Source of the DNA: Dictyostelium discoideum | Lineage: Eukaryota | Assembly: GCA_000004695.1 (NCBI GenBank) | Contig: CM000150.2 | Span: forward strand, 2,368,001 to 2,432,000 | Length of the DNA: 64,000 nucleotides | Direction: 5' to 3' | Part shown: positions 27,862-41,116 of the stretch, piece by piece | Numbering within the stretch: position 1 is the stretch's first letter | Layout of the letters: every line of letters begins with the position of its first letter | Translations under genes and position numbers: made by a program | Notes under the pieces: generated by a model | Told to the model about the DNA's origin: nothing | The model's input: the letters and a program-made list of their open reading frames with translations, nothing else | Databases searched by the model: none

Positions 27862-28856
27862 ATGAGATTATTATTATTTGTAATATTTTTCATTTTTTAT
27901 CAGTTTTCAAATTTAAATAGTTATACATTAGTTTCAACACAAAATCAAGAAGCAATTGATTTTGTTTCATCAGTATTTGGAATAACAACAAGCTCACCTT
28001 GTGATCAACTTATTTGTAAAGAAATCTCACCAAACAGTAATGAATATTGTGTAGATTCTATTATTGTACCAAAACAATCAAGTACAATAACTATTTCAAA
28101 TGATTTAACAGTGTTTAAAAATTTAACAGTTTTATCATTGGGTGAAAATATAATTTTAAATGATCAATTTTTTAATAATTTAAATCAATTCAATTTTTTA
28201 ATTTCAATGTTTGTAATTAATTTATAATAAAAAAAATAAAAAAAAAAAAAAAAAAATTTAATATTATTATTATTATTATTTTCTTTTTACCAAAAACAAA
28301 TTAAATAGTAATATTTTTAGTTATTCAGGAAAAATTTCAAATTTAATTGAATTTCCAAAATCATTAAAAACAATAAATTTTAATTATTTAGGATCATCAA
28401 TTCCAAATTCAATTTTTAAATCAGATATTACATCATTAATTATTGAAAATTCATTAAATGGTTATAATTTAAATGATACAATGATTTCAACAAATTCTAA
28501 ATTAATTGTATTTGGATTACCAATATCTTTGAAAGAGAATAATTTACCAAAAAATTTAGAAAATTTAAAAAGCTTAAAATATTTTACACTTTATATTGAT
28601 AATGGTGAATCTATAAAATATTCAATACCAGATTTTTCATCATTAAAATTAACAACCGTTGAAAGTCTTGTATTCCGTTTTACTCAATCATCACCTTCTC
28701 AAACTTGGGTAATACCACAATTTATAAATTCAATAACAACTTTAAATAATTTTGAAATTTATTCAAATGGTTTTAAAATTAATTCAACAATTGGTTTTTT
28801 AGATTTATCATCTTTAAAAAATAATTTAAATTTGTAAATATACATATATATATATA

Positions 28857-28910
<54 letters not shown>

Positions 28911-29880
28911 TAATTTTATTCAAAATATTCGTATAGAAATTTTGAAAATGGTGGATTAGATTTTATATCAGAATGTAACCAAAAACCTTGTATTAAAGTA
29001 CCATATAATTCTCAATTGTATGTAAATTAATAATTTTTATTTTTTAAAGTAGAATTTCAATAAGGTATTAATAACTTTTTAAAAAAAAAAAGAATTTCGT
29101 TAAATAATGATTTTAATTTTAATAATTTAGATTTTTCAAATTTTTTAAATATTTTTATTGAAAATAATAATTTTAAACAATTATTACCAATTGATACAAT
29201 TGATTTTTCAAATTTAGAATCTTTACAAATTATTAAAAGTAAAGTTTTTGGATTAATTCCAAATCAATATTGTTTTATTAAAAATTTAAATTTACAAAAT
29301 AATCAATTAAATTCAACAGTACCATCATGTTATTTATGTGTTGGTGGTAAATTAGGTGATAATTTATTACCAAATCCTTTTATAAATTTCAATTCAAATA
29401 CTGCTTCTTTTTGTCGTATGTATTTTTTATTTTTTTTAATTTTTTTATAATTTTTTTTTTTACTTCTAACATACCTTTATTTTTTTAATTTTTTTAAAAA
29501 AAGCATCATTTTCAATTGGTAATAGTTATTATAATGTTAGTAGTAAAGGTGAAAATTTAATAATAAATGGTAATGATTTTGGATGGGATTTACAAAGTTT
29601 AGAGGGTCCACAATTAGTTATTACAATACCTAATAAAGAAATAAAAGTCAGTATTCCACCTGGTGAAGTTGGTACATCACATTCTTATAAAACAACCTTT
29701 TATAATGGTAGTTTATCTTTCTTATTTAATTATACTTATCAAGAAGAAATTGATTCAAGTGATTCTAAATCATCTAATGGTGAAAGTAATGAAATTTCCT
29801 TTGCCATCAAAATATTACTTTATCTTCCTTATTTATTCATTCAATATACTGCTATCTTTTTTGTTATATTTTTAATTTAA
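27862..29880 (+). CDS. Multi-exon gene for a secreted/membrane leucine-rich-repeat protein with a hydrophobic C-terminus. The exons are roughly 27862-28208, 28321-28833, 29093-29415 and 29504-29880, with a possible extra exon at 28937-29021.
   Basis: An N-terminal signal peptide (MRLLLFVIFFIFYQFSNL). LRR-like LxxLxLxxN periodicity in exons 2 and 4 (NLDFSNF...LESLQIIKSKVFGLIPNQYCFIKNLNLQNNQLNSTVP). The introns are AT-rich, 90-260 nt, with GTAAAT/GTATGT donors and TTTTAG/AAAAAG acceptors. The C-terminus ends in a hydrophobic tail (LLYLPYLFIQYTAIFFVIFLI). Exact exon boundaries are uncertain. Confidence 0.5.
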
Positions 29881-30030
29881 TAAATTTTCCCACCCCCCAC
29901 AAAGTTTTGTCTCTTGTTTTTTTTCAGATTAATTTTATAAATATTAAATAAAAACTCAAATTACACCATAAATAATGTCAAAGTTTAAACTACTAAATAT
30001 GAAGTTGATATATTAATTTTTTTTTTGAAT

Positions 30031-30133
30031 TGGAAAACGCAATTATTAGTTGCTTCTCCTTGAGATGCTAGATCTCATTTTATTTTTGGTTTTTTTTTTT
30101 TTTTTACAGGGTCTCTAAAAGAGGGGTTAGTTT

Positions 30134-30170
<37 letters not shown>

Positions 30171-30296
30171 TTTCGAATTTTGAATTGTATTATTACTTTT
30201 GACTAGTATCTTTTTTTCCCAAACTTTTTTCTAAATCTTTTTTTATTTTTTCGTCTGGTTCGTGATTGATGTTGATGATATATTTGTGTAGTTTGT
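30031..30296 (-). mobile_element. TRE5-A 5'-truncated remnant (partial B-module plus C-module), ending 48 bp upstream of tRNA-Lys
   Basis: Reverse complement of the C-module and of the B-module/ORF1 codons (NINHEPDEKIKKDLEKSLG...). The spacing to the tRNA start at 30344 is 48 bp. Confidence 0.7.
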
Positions 30297-30343
30297 TAAT
30301 ATATTAATTTTATTCTTATATTAAAATAGAAAATTCCGAAAAT

Positions 30344-30416
30344 GCCCAGATAGCTCAGTCGGTAGAGCGCAAGGCTTTTAACCTTGTGGTCGGGGGTTCG
30401 AGCCCCCCTTTGGGCG
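30344..30416 (+). tRNA. tRNA-Lys (anticodon TTT)
   Basis: GCCCAGATAGCTCAGTCGGTAGAGCGCAAGGCTTTTAACCTTGTGGTCGGGGGTTCGAGCCCCCCTTTGGGCG. An exB-like box aaggttcaaatcccag lies at 30463-30479. Confidence 0.9.
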
Positions 30417-30482
30417 AAAATTTTAACGAAATTTTAAAGAAACTATATTTTTAGTATTACCAAAAGGTTCAAATCCCAGAAA

Positions 30483-33400
30483 AAAGTAAAAAAACCGAAA
30501 AAACAAAGAAATAAACGAGAATTTATACATATAATAAATAAATCACTGTTATATCTTCACCGCCACATTCATTCCTCTTAATTTTACCCTTTTTTTGCTC
30601 AATAAAGCAAGGGCTATCGTCCTATATACTTTTCAACAATGGCTGATGATCACTCAACTGAATTACAGTTAAATCATACAGATAACAACACAACCAATAC
30701 AAATAATACCTCCACAACCTCAACAACAAAAAACAAAAGTGCAAAAATCGACACACCTAAAAAACAAACCCCAACAAACCAACTCTCACTAAACAAAGGA
30801 CTTGATAATCAATTAGATATCATTGCACCTCCATCAATCACAAGACCACTCTCTTTCTTAGAAAAAAACAATAACACCATCAACATTAAGTGTTACTTTA
30901 ATCAACCACACATCCGTGAAGAATTAACCTCAAAAGATGACACAAGAATTCAACAAATTCACAAAAACATTCACAAACTCTTCGAAGATATACTGTCGCC
31001 ATCAGCATTTAAAATAATTGGTGCAACTGCCTTCGTAAATTGCAACGTTGATAAATTAACTTCAATAATCAACCTTCAAAACCAACTTGCACTAAATATC
31101 GACAAACTCAACTATAGATTCGATATATCATCAAATGATTATGCAATCATTAAAACATTCATTAAAACGTACTCACCCAAACATGCAAACGAGGCAATTA
31201 CAAACAACCTCACTAAATTCACCAGTTGTACATCAATTGAATCATTTACTGTCACATACTCATATGCTGTTGCGTTTAAAAGCTACATTATAACATATCA
31301 TCTAATTGATCACACACACAACATTGTTGATCAAAAGATCGAACAACCATCTGGTATCACAAGATATATCAAAGCTGCAACACGTAGTGTCACTAAACAC
31401 AAAATTCAACATGCAAAAAATGCAGATATGGCAACAACTATAAAAAATGCCATCACAAACCCAAACATGAACAAAAACAATCAACCACCAAAAAACAACA
31501 TTAAAACCCCACCAATCAACGAAATTGCAAATTCCAATCGCAATAATAACTCACTTCAAAATAGTGGTTCAAAAGCTATACTAAATGAATCACTTGATAT
31601 TAACAATCAATCCCAAAACAATAATGAAATATCACACAAAAGTGATTCTTCAAATAATAATAACGGGAAAAACTCATTATCAATGAGCAATCCAACCGAT
31701 CCAACAATTGTACCACAAAAACCTCTACAATCTCAACCAAACAAACCAAGTGCACCAACTCAAAATACAATAAATACAAGAAGAAGCAGCAATGCCCTGA
31801 CTACACAACCAGTCAATACTGGTGCTGCCAAACCTAGTAAGGTATGAGCTCAAAAATCAACTTTATAACATGGAATTGTAGAGGATTCACTGAAAACCCA
31901 AACAATCAACACAATTCCTACCAAAAAGCTGTTGACACACTACAACTACTTATATCAAAACTTCCACCTCGTCCAACAATCTCAATACTCACTGAACTCA
32001 ATTCATCACCATTACAACTTAAACATGATTTTCCCGATCACATCATCTCTGTCACCAAACGAGGAAATGGTGTAATCATCATTAACCATAACCCAAACAC
32101 ACTCAAACTCAAACACATATCAACAATTGATGGTAGAGCTATTTTAGCAGACGTTATATTTCCAAATCAATTACCAATTGGTATTCTTGGAATTTACGCA
32201 CCAGCATCAAATAATACCATCAAAAAGAATTCATATGCAACTTCACTACAAACACTTCTCCACAACCACTCAACAAACCCAATACCAAACCAATCCCAAC
32301 ATGTATCTATTATCGCAGGAGATTTCAACTGTATCCACAACGACAATTCACTATTAGATGATATTATCCAATCCTACACATACCAACACCATCTAATTGA
32401 TCAAGGTGAATTTAAAAACACTCCAACTCATACACATGGTAACAGATTAGATAGAATATATACTCAATACAATAGAATAGACCCTGAAAATATATATACT
32501 CAAGTCCACCAAATTCCATCTTCATTATCAGATCATAATCCAATATCAACAACATTTTCTTCACCTTTTCAAATAAATAAACATAAGAAAAGATGGATAT
32601 TATCACCTGGTACTGCAAATGACCATGAAGCAATCAATATTATCAATCATTTAATAACTAATCACAATAACACATCAATCAATCAATTTACAAATTGGTC
32701 AAAAGTAAAATCAAAAATTATTAAAACTCTAAAAAACTATCAATATAACAAAGACAAACAAACTCAACGTGCAAAACAAATACTATTAGAAAAAGCAGCA
32801 AAATTCAAACATCTTGAAGAACAATGCATCGCTGAATACAATATTATATGTAACAAAAACAAATTACATCAAAACCACACAAACATATTAAAAAAACATA
32901 TAAATGGAGAAATACCTAGCAAGTATCTATCAGCAATACTAAACAAAAGATCAAAAGATGCAAAAATTGAATCAATCCAATATGGTAACATCATTACATC
33001 CGACCCCGACCAAATTGAAAATGCGTTTGTTGAATTCTACACAAATCTATATAGCTTACAAATATGTTGTCCAATTACTCACCAGCTCATGCTAAACACA
33101 TGGCCCATCATAAAAAATGAATATTGGAATGGTTTAGACTCACCATTTATACAAGATGAAGTTGAAGCTGCAATTAAAACCTGTAACCCCAACAAATCAC
33201 CCGGTCCAGATGGCGTTACAAATGCATTCTACATTAATCATTTAAACCAAGTTAAACCAATTCTCACTACATTATTCAACGATATACTAGAAAATCCTCA
33301 CCACATCACAACAGAATTCACAGAAGGTCTTATACACACAATATACAAGAAAGGCAACCCCTTACTCATATCAAATCGTCGTCCCATTACACTTCTAAAC

Positions 33401-34819
33401 ACTGATTACAAGATCCTCTCAAAAGTAATCAATGCACGTCTTCTGAGAATACTTCCTTTCATCATCAACAACAACCAAACTGGTTTCGTACCCCACAGAT
33501 TCATCATAGACAACATCATCAACATCAATGAATTAATCAACTACCTCAAATCTAAAAACCTCCCTGGTATCATCACACTATTTGACTTCTTTAAAGCATT
33601 TGATTCTATCTCTCACGATAGCATTAAAAGAACATTAATTCATATTGGTATACCAATAAAATTAATAAATTTAATCCACAAGCTATTATCTGACTCACAA
33701 GCAAAAATTTCAATTAATGGTAAAACGACCAGAAAATTCGATATTAAAAGAGGTGTAAAACAAGGTGACCCAATCTCAGCCACTTTATTTGTAATTGTAA
33801 TTGAAATATTAGCAAGAACAATAAATGCAGACAATTCAATAATTGGATTACCAATTTCACCCAATCCACAAATTAAAATTAAATTTACCCAATTTGCAGA
33901 CGACTCTACAACATACAACATCAACTACGAACAACAACAACAATCAATCAAACATTTCGATAATTTCTGCGCTTCAACATCATCATCATTAAATTTTGAC
34001 AAAAGTGCAATAATAGAAATCAACCCCCACAAAATCACTGATAAACACATAATAAACAACATTCCACAATCAAAAAGAATTCCAATAACCAAAAAAGATC
34101 AATCAGAAAGAGTTCTTGGCTATTTCTTTAATCATAATGGTTTACATAGGAAATTACCAGAAACAATGAAAACACTGATTAAATCATTAGTGCTATGGAA
34201 AACTAGTGGCACAACATTAAAAACAAAAACAACCATCATAAACACCTACTCACTATCACCAATAACATATTTATCATACCTTGAAGAATTTACAAAAGAT
34301 GAAGAAATTCAAATTAATAAATTAATCTCATGGTTTATGAATTCTCCCGCAAATTCTGAATCACCAACTCTCGATACCAATTCCATTGAAAAAAACACAT
34401 CAACCATCCATTCACGTGCAAAAATACCTTTGATGTGTTATGATAGATCATTAAAACCATTAAAAGAAGGTGGTTGGGGTATGTGGAATATACAATTACG
34501 ACAAGTTGCTCAAAAGATTTGGATATACAACAGATTTTTACAAATGCATAAATCTGCAAACAATTCAATATACATGATAAGTTGGATGGATCAAATCATC
34601 AACAAATCAATCTCTTCTCCATACCTTATAAAAATCAAAAAAGAATGGGAAAACTATGCAACTCAAATTGGACATCTAAAAGATAAAGTTCAAATCCTAC
34701 AACCAATATTAACAAAAAACCAACCCTCTCAAACATTAAACACAAATAATATTTCACTACCACCAACACTCAAAGAAATCTACTCGACAATACTAAACAA
34801 TCACCAATGCAAATCAAAA
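30483..34819 (+). mobile_element. TRE3-family non-LTR retrotransposon. It has a 5'UTR, ORF1 (30639-31847, 402 aa) and ORF2 (31844-34819+, AP-endonuclease plus reverse transcriptase). The 3' end is lost in the assembly gap.
   Basis: It begins 4 bp after the exB box of tRNA-Lys, in the same orientation. ORF1 and ORF2 overlap in an ATGA. The APE motifs are WNCRGF and IAGDFNCIHN. The RT motifs are PGPDGV, FFKAFDSISHD and QFADDSTTY. Confidence 0.85.
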
Positions 34820-34919
34820 NNNNNNNNNNNNNNNNNNNNNNNNNNNNNNNNNNNNNNNNNNNNNNNNNNNNNNNNNNNNNNNNNNNNNNNNNNNNNNNNN
34901 NNNNNNNNNNNNNNNNNNN
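34820..34919. other. Assembly gap (100 N)
   Basis: A run of exactly 100 n characters. The converging TRE3 (+) and TRE5-A (-) ORFs are both cut off by it. Confidence 1.
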
Positions 34920-35802
34920 GGTGGTTCGATAGGTTTTTCTGATTTTGTTTTAATTTCTTGATTGTTTATCGATTGTGTATTGATCTCATTCTCTATTCTT
35001 GTTAGTTCATCTACGTTTTCTAGTGATGCTTCTATTACCTTTTGAGCTGTATCATCTAGGGCCATAAATGTTTTATCATTAGATGAGGATGTGATTGGTG
35101 GGATAATGATTGTTCTTTTTCCTTGTTTTGGTATTTGTTCTGATGTAGATTGTGGTTGTTGTTCATCTGATTGTTTTTTATTTTTGTTTTCTTCTTGATT
35201 TTCTGGTAATGAGGTTTGATCTCTCCATCCTTTGTTGGAGTGTCCAATTAATGTTAGATTGTCTAGTTCAATGATAGTGTCAAATTCTTCTACGACTCTT
35301 TTCACTGTTTTGATAATTAGAGTTTCGCCTTTAATTTCTGATTTAATTAGTTTACATCCTTCATTTTCTATTACCCATTCTATTTCTGTGAGTGATTTAT
35401 ACCAATCAAAATCTGTATACATATTTTTTGGTCTTATAGTGGTTATAAATTGTCCTTTTAATTCTGCATCAAACATATTTACAAAATAGATTACTGTACT
35501 AATACTGTCTGTGAGAATTTTGAATGTATTATTACTTTTGATTAAAACATCTTTTTTGTCCAAACTTTTTTCTAAATCTTTTTTTATTTTATCGTCTGGT
35601 TCGTGATTGATGTTTATGACGTATTTGAATTGTTTTTTTTTTAATTGAGTTTTATCCACAATTTCGCTTATTTTTTGTAGGCATTTGTGTTGCTTAATAT
35701 TTGTGGTGTTGTTTGTGATTTTCATTTTATTTTCTTTCTATCTTTTTTATTTTTCTTTAAAAAGTTAAAAATCTGGAAATTTTCTAATTAACTTGGTTCC
35801 CA

Positions 35803-35851
<49 letters not shown>

Positions 35852-36690
35852 TCTTTTTTATATGAAAAATGAAATAATCAAAAAAAGAGATTGTTGTTGT
35901 TGTTTGTTTTTTTCGATCTGATTATTTTTTGCTTTTTTTTTGAAAATTTTGCTACGCAAAATTCTCAAAACGAAACAAATAATAAATTACAATAAAGTAA
36001 AAAGATGGCTTTTTAAAATAGTTTATTTATTTATTTATTTGTTTTTTAAGTCTTTTTTATATGAAAAATGAAATAATCAAAAAAAGAGATTGTTGTTGTT
36101 GTTTGTTTTTTTCGATCTGATTATTTTTTGCTTTTTTTTTGAAAATTTTGCTACGCAAAATTCTCAAAACGAAACAAATAATAAATTACAATAAAGTAAA
36201 AAGATGGCTTTTTAAAATAGTTTATTTATTTATTTATTTGTTTTTTAAGTCTTTTTTATATGAAAAATGAAATAATCAAAAAAAGAGATTGTTGTTGTTG
36301 TTTGTTTTTTTCGATCTGATTATTTTTTGCTTTTTTTTTGAAAATTTTGCTACGCAAAATTCTCAAAACGAAACAAATAATAAATTACAATAAAGTAAAA
36401 AGATGGCTTTTTAAAATAGTTTATTTATTTATTTATTTGTTTTTTAAGTCTTTTTTATATGAAAAATGAAATAATCAAAAAAAGAGATTGTTGTTGTTGT
36501 TTGTTTTTTTCGATCTGATTATTTTTTGCTTTTTTTTTGAAAATTTTGCTACGCAAAATTCTCAAAACGAAACAAATAATAAATTACAATAAAGTAAAAA
36601 GATGGCTTTTTAAAATAGTTTATTTATTTATTTATTTGTTTTTTAAGTCTTTTTTATATGAAAAATGAAATAATCAAAAAAAGAGATTGA
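34920..36690 (-). mobile_element. TRE5-A copy. Its 5' end lies ~47 bp upstream of tRNA-Thr. It has a five-fold tandem array of the ~189-bp A-module (35862-36690), then the B-module and ORF1 (35725 down into the gap).
   Basis: ORF1 (303 aa shown; MKITNNTTNIKQHKC...) is identical to the 22879 copy. The A-module unit gtcttttttatatgaaaaatgaaataatc...gatggctttttaaaatagtttatttatttattt is repeated at a 189-bp period. Confidence 0.8.
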
Positions 36691-36736
36691 AAATAAATAA
36701 ATAAATAAATTGTTTTAATCTCAAAAATTCAAAAAT

Positions 36737-36808
36737 GGCTCCTTAGCATAGTGGTATTGCGCTTCCCTAGTAAGGAAGAGGTCATGAGTTCGATCCTCAT
36801 AGGAGCCT
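36737..36808 (+). tRNA. tRNA-Thr (anticodon AGT)
   Basis: GGCTCCTTAGCATAGTGGTATTGCGCTTCCCTAGTAAGGAAGAGGTCATGAGTTCGATCCTCATAGGAGCC folds as a perfect cloverleaf. An exB-like box gcaggttcgattctag lies at 36832-36847. Confidence 0.9.
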
Positions 36809-36931
36809 TTTAAACCAAAGGGATAAAAATCGCAGGTTCGATTCTAGTTCAAAAATATTCTGAACCTATTCATTTTTAAATTTAAATTAAAATTAATAAA
36901 ACTAGTTTTATTATTGGTTATTTCCTAAAAT

Positions 36932-39386
36932 AAGCATGGGATATCAAATTAAAACTCCACCTGCATCAAGAAACACCAAGCAAATACCTCACAAGTATCC
37001 TTAAATCCAGAGCCAAAGATAAATCAATATTCCAAATAAAAGATAAAGATAATAAGACCATATCAGATAAAGAGAACATAGCAAAAAGATTTGTTGAATT
37101 CTATCAAGATCAATATGAAGAGAAAGAAGATAACGAAGAAACCCACAAGAAGTTATTAGAAAAATGGGAAGTAGACGTTGATTTAATCAAGAAACTCGAG
37201 ATAGACAGACCGTTAAGAATACATGAAGTGACCAAAGCAATCAAAACTTCAAGTATCCACAAATCTCCAGGTTTAGACGGTATCAATGCACTATTCTACA
37301 AGTACCACATCAACTCAATAGCAAGAATATTGACTATAGCTTTCAACGACCTCCTCACAAATAAGAAAGAAATCCCCACAAAATTCAAAGAAGGAGTAAT
37401 AACAACAATATTCAAAACAGGAGATGAACTAAACATTTCAAATAGAAGACCAATCACCCTTCTCAATACAGATTACAAAATTTTAAGCAAAATTCTCAAC
37501 AGTAGATTATTAGATATCACCAGTAAAATTATCAACAAATTTCAAAACGGCTTTGTTCCAAACAGGTTCATCCAAGACAATATTCAGATCATGAAGGAAG
37601 TAATAGAAATAAGTAACAAAAGAAAGAACAATACACTCATTACCTTTTACGATTTTAACAAAGCATTCGATTCAATCAGCCACAAGAGTATCACAAGAAC
37701 ATTAGAGCATATTGGTATCCCCCCAAAATTCACAGCGATCCTACTAAACCTACTCAAAGATACTAAAAACAAAATAAAGATCAACGACTTTTTAGTCAAT
37801 GGAATAACAATCAGAAGAGGAACAAAACAAGGAGACCCAATATCACCAACAATCTTTGCTCTAGTTTTAGAACCACTTCTAATAGATATCATCAATGATA
37901 ATACAATCAAAGGCTTCACTCTACCAAATTCCAAATCATTAAAACTCACTGCATTTGCTGACGACATAGCAACATTTACAAACTCCACAGAAGAACTAAT
38001 GAAAATTAATACTAAAATCCAAAAGTACTGCTCAGCAACATCATCATCGTTAAACAAAGAGAAAACAGTAATGATAGCAATAGGAGATAAACCACACGAT
38101 CTACCATTCCAAGAGAGTACAGTCCCAGAAAGATATCTTGGCCTCAATTTCACCAAAACAGGTTTAAATTCAAAATACAACACTTTAATCCAAGAAATGA
38201 AAAACAATCTAATCAAATGGAAATCACAAGCAATAACGATGAAGGCAAAGATGACAATTCTCAAAACATACGTTCTATCCAAATTAACATACCATCAATA
38301 CATGGATAATCTAAATGAAGAACAAATTGAGGAAATCAATAACATGACCAGATGGTTCTTATTCTCCTCAGTTAAGAATACATATACAGAAGAGAGAAAA
38401 TACAAAACTATGATGAAAATAGACAGAGCATATGCAGATTGGAAAGAAGGAGGCATAAAATTATGGGATATAGAACTAAGACATATAGCATTCAAAATCT
38501 GGTACATGAACAGGCTACTCCATAACAACTACAACAACAACAACAATACCTTACAAGAATGGTACATGGAGCAATTAAGTAGAAAAAAAGCCCACACTTC
38601 AACCCTCAACGATATGTGCAGACACTGGGGTGTATTCAGAGTCAAATTTTACCAAAACCATCCAAAGATAAATGAACTTCCAGGCTGTATAAGAAACGAC
38701 AATGACGAACCACTAAAACTAAAAGAAATTTACGAACTCATGATCAAAGACAGACACCCAACACCAAGAAGAACAGAATGGCAGAAGTTATGGGCGGTGA
38801 GATACAACACAGCAATACCCAAAGTATTCATAAACATCAACAGCATTTCTCACCAAAAAGGTAGAAACACCCTCTTCAGATTCTTCTCAAGATCACTTCC
38901 AGGTATCAACCACGAAAGAGACACCAGATGCAAGATCTGTGGCCACCTATTCAGAGACCCTTATTCTCACCTCTTCACTCTATGCCAAGATATCCTAGAT
39001 ATTGAAAAAACCATCATATCAACAGTTAACAAATTATCATTCATCAAAATCCACAGATGGTCAATGGAAACCTTAGACATATCAAAATACAACAGAACTG
39101 AGAGAATCTTCCCCAATCTCATAGGAATAATAGCACACCAATTATGGAAGATAATCTGTCACAAATTGTTCAACACTGATGAAAGCAAACCAGAGCCAAA
39201 ATTCGAGCAAAAGGTCATAGAAACAGAATTACTAAATCTCATCGAAACTGAAAAATTCATCACACTAAAGAAAATCAAACACGACGAAGCAATACTAAAA
39301 AACACCAATCAAGATCTTCACAAATACAAATTCAACAAAGCCTGGCAAACCCCAGTAGTTCCGAACCCTCTTCCAATTTAAGTAGT

Positions 39387-39427
<41 letters not shown>

Positions 39428-39537
39428 GTTTAAAAAATTTAATACAATTGAATAATAAAAATAAAATCGTTTAACAAACACCGCCGAAAAGACACAAGGA
39501 CATTCCTTGAAGGTCTGATCACAGGTAAAAAAAAAAA
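36932..39537 (+). mobile_element. TRE3-family element, 5'-truncated (an RT-C-terminal ORF of 717 aa at 37228-39381, ending ...WQTPVVPNPLPI; internal oligo(A); 3' C-module ending ...ggtctgatcacaggt plus A-run). It is flanked by a 16-bp target-site duplication.
   Basis: The TSD ggttatttcctaaaat occurs at 36916-36931 and again at 39538-39553. The RT motifs are FYDFNKAFDSISH and AFADDIATF. The Cys/His motif is CKICGHLFRDPYSHLFTLCQ. The element lies 124 bp downstream of tRNA-Thr. Confidence 0.85.
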
Positions 39538-39941
39538 GGTTATTTCCTAAAATGGATAAACTTTAATTAAGAAAACTTTAAACTGTCTTCATCAAAAATC
39601 ACATCAGGCAAATTAAAAATATTAAAAATCAAAAAATCAACGACTATTCTATACCAAACACAGTTTTACCAAAACAGAGTATTTGTAGATCAATTTATTT
39701 AAGATATAGTAACTCTAAAATAATATAGCATACTATTTTATTATTGAAATATTTAATTAACTAATCCTATAAATTTAAAAATATAAATAAACAAAATAAA
39801 CAACATTTGGAGCTTCTACAAATCTAGAAAATAATTAATCTAAAAAAAAAAAAAAAATAAAATAAACTTTGGTTAAGTCAATGCTAAAAAAAAAAATCAA
39901 ACCAAATGAAGGATACCACTTTAAAACTAAAAAATATTCAT

Positions 39942-39978
<37 letters not shown>

Positions 39979-40348
39979 ATATTTTTTAATTTTTTTTTTT
40001 TTTTAATAAAAATTTTCAAAGAATTAACCCAATCACACATGTCCCAAAATTATTATGACAATACAGACTTTCTTTCTTTCACATTCTAAAATGAAATCGA
40101 ATTAATTTCATTCTTTTTGATAATGGTTTATTTTCGATGTTTTGATTTTATTTTTATATTTAAACTCTTTAATAATTTTAATTTTTATTAATCAATCAAA
40201 CATAAATTTAATATATACATATAATAAATATAAATAATTATAAATTAATAAATAATAATATTAAAAAAATCATATATTAATAATATAAATAAATAGCCAT
40301 AAATTAAAAATCATTTTTTTAAAAAAAAATATATATTTAAAAAAAAGA

Positions 40349-40934
40349 ATGACAAAATTAAAAGTTGGAAATATTGCACCAGATTTTGAAGCTAAAAATT
40401 ATTTAGGTCAAACAGTTACATTAAAAGAATTTAAAGAAAAGAGTCAACCAATCGTTTTATATTTTTATCCAAAAGATAATAGTCCAGTATGTACAAAAGG
40501 TAAGTCAATTTATATTAAATGTTTTTTTTTATTTTTTTTTTTAAATTACTAATAATAAATAACCTTTTTAATATAATAATTCATACATACATACAAACAC
40601 ACACATATATATCAATATAGAGAGTTGTGAATTTAGAGATAAATATCAAAAGTTTATAGAAGCAGGCGCAGAAGTAATCGGAGTCAGTAGCGATGGTGAG
40701 GATAGTCATAAATCATTCGTTTCAAAATATTCATTACCATTCACATTATTAACAGATAAACATAGTAAATTAGCCAAGTTATATGGTGTCAACGGTATAT
40801 TATTACCAGGTAGAAAAACATTTATAATTGATAAACATGGTATTATAGCTGGTATTCATGATGGTTTACTCAGCTCAACTTCTCATATCGATGAATCTTT
40901 AAAAATAATTGAAAAATTAAAATCACAAATCTAA
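40349..40934 (+). CDS. BCP/PrxQ-type peroxiredoxin (thiol peroxidase), copy 1. Two exons, 40349-40499 and 40621-40934.
   Basis: [51 protein letters not shown] / [56 protein letters not shown].... The peroxidatic Cys lies in the PVCTKE context. The intron is gtaagt...atatcaatatag (121 nt) and is phase 1. Confidence 0.8.
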
Positions 40935-41081
40935 ATAATAATTTTTATAATAAATTGTACATGCCCACCCACCTTTGTAATTTTTTTTTATAATAAATTG
41001 TAAATTTTTACGTTTTATAATAACTCCAATATTTCTTAAAGTTTAAATAATTTATTTAAAAGTTTTTTAAAAAATTTAAAA

Positions 41082-41116
<35 letters not shown>

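Noticed and set aside
29663-29875. The 70-aa ORF MKLVHHILIK... at 29663-29875.
   Set aside because: It is out of frame with the spliced LRR-gene exon that ends in the hydrophobic tail (stop at 29878-29880). It is a spurious alternative frame.
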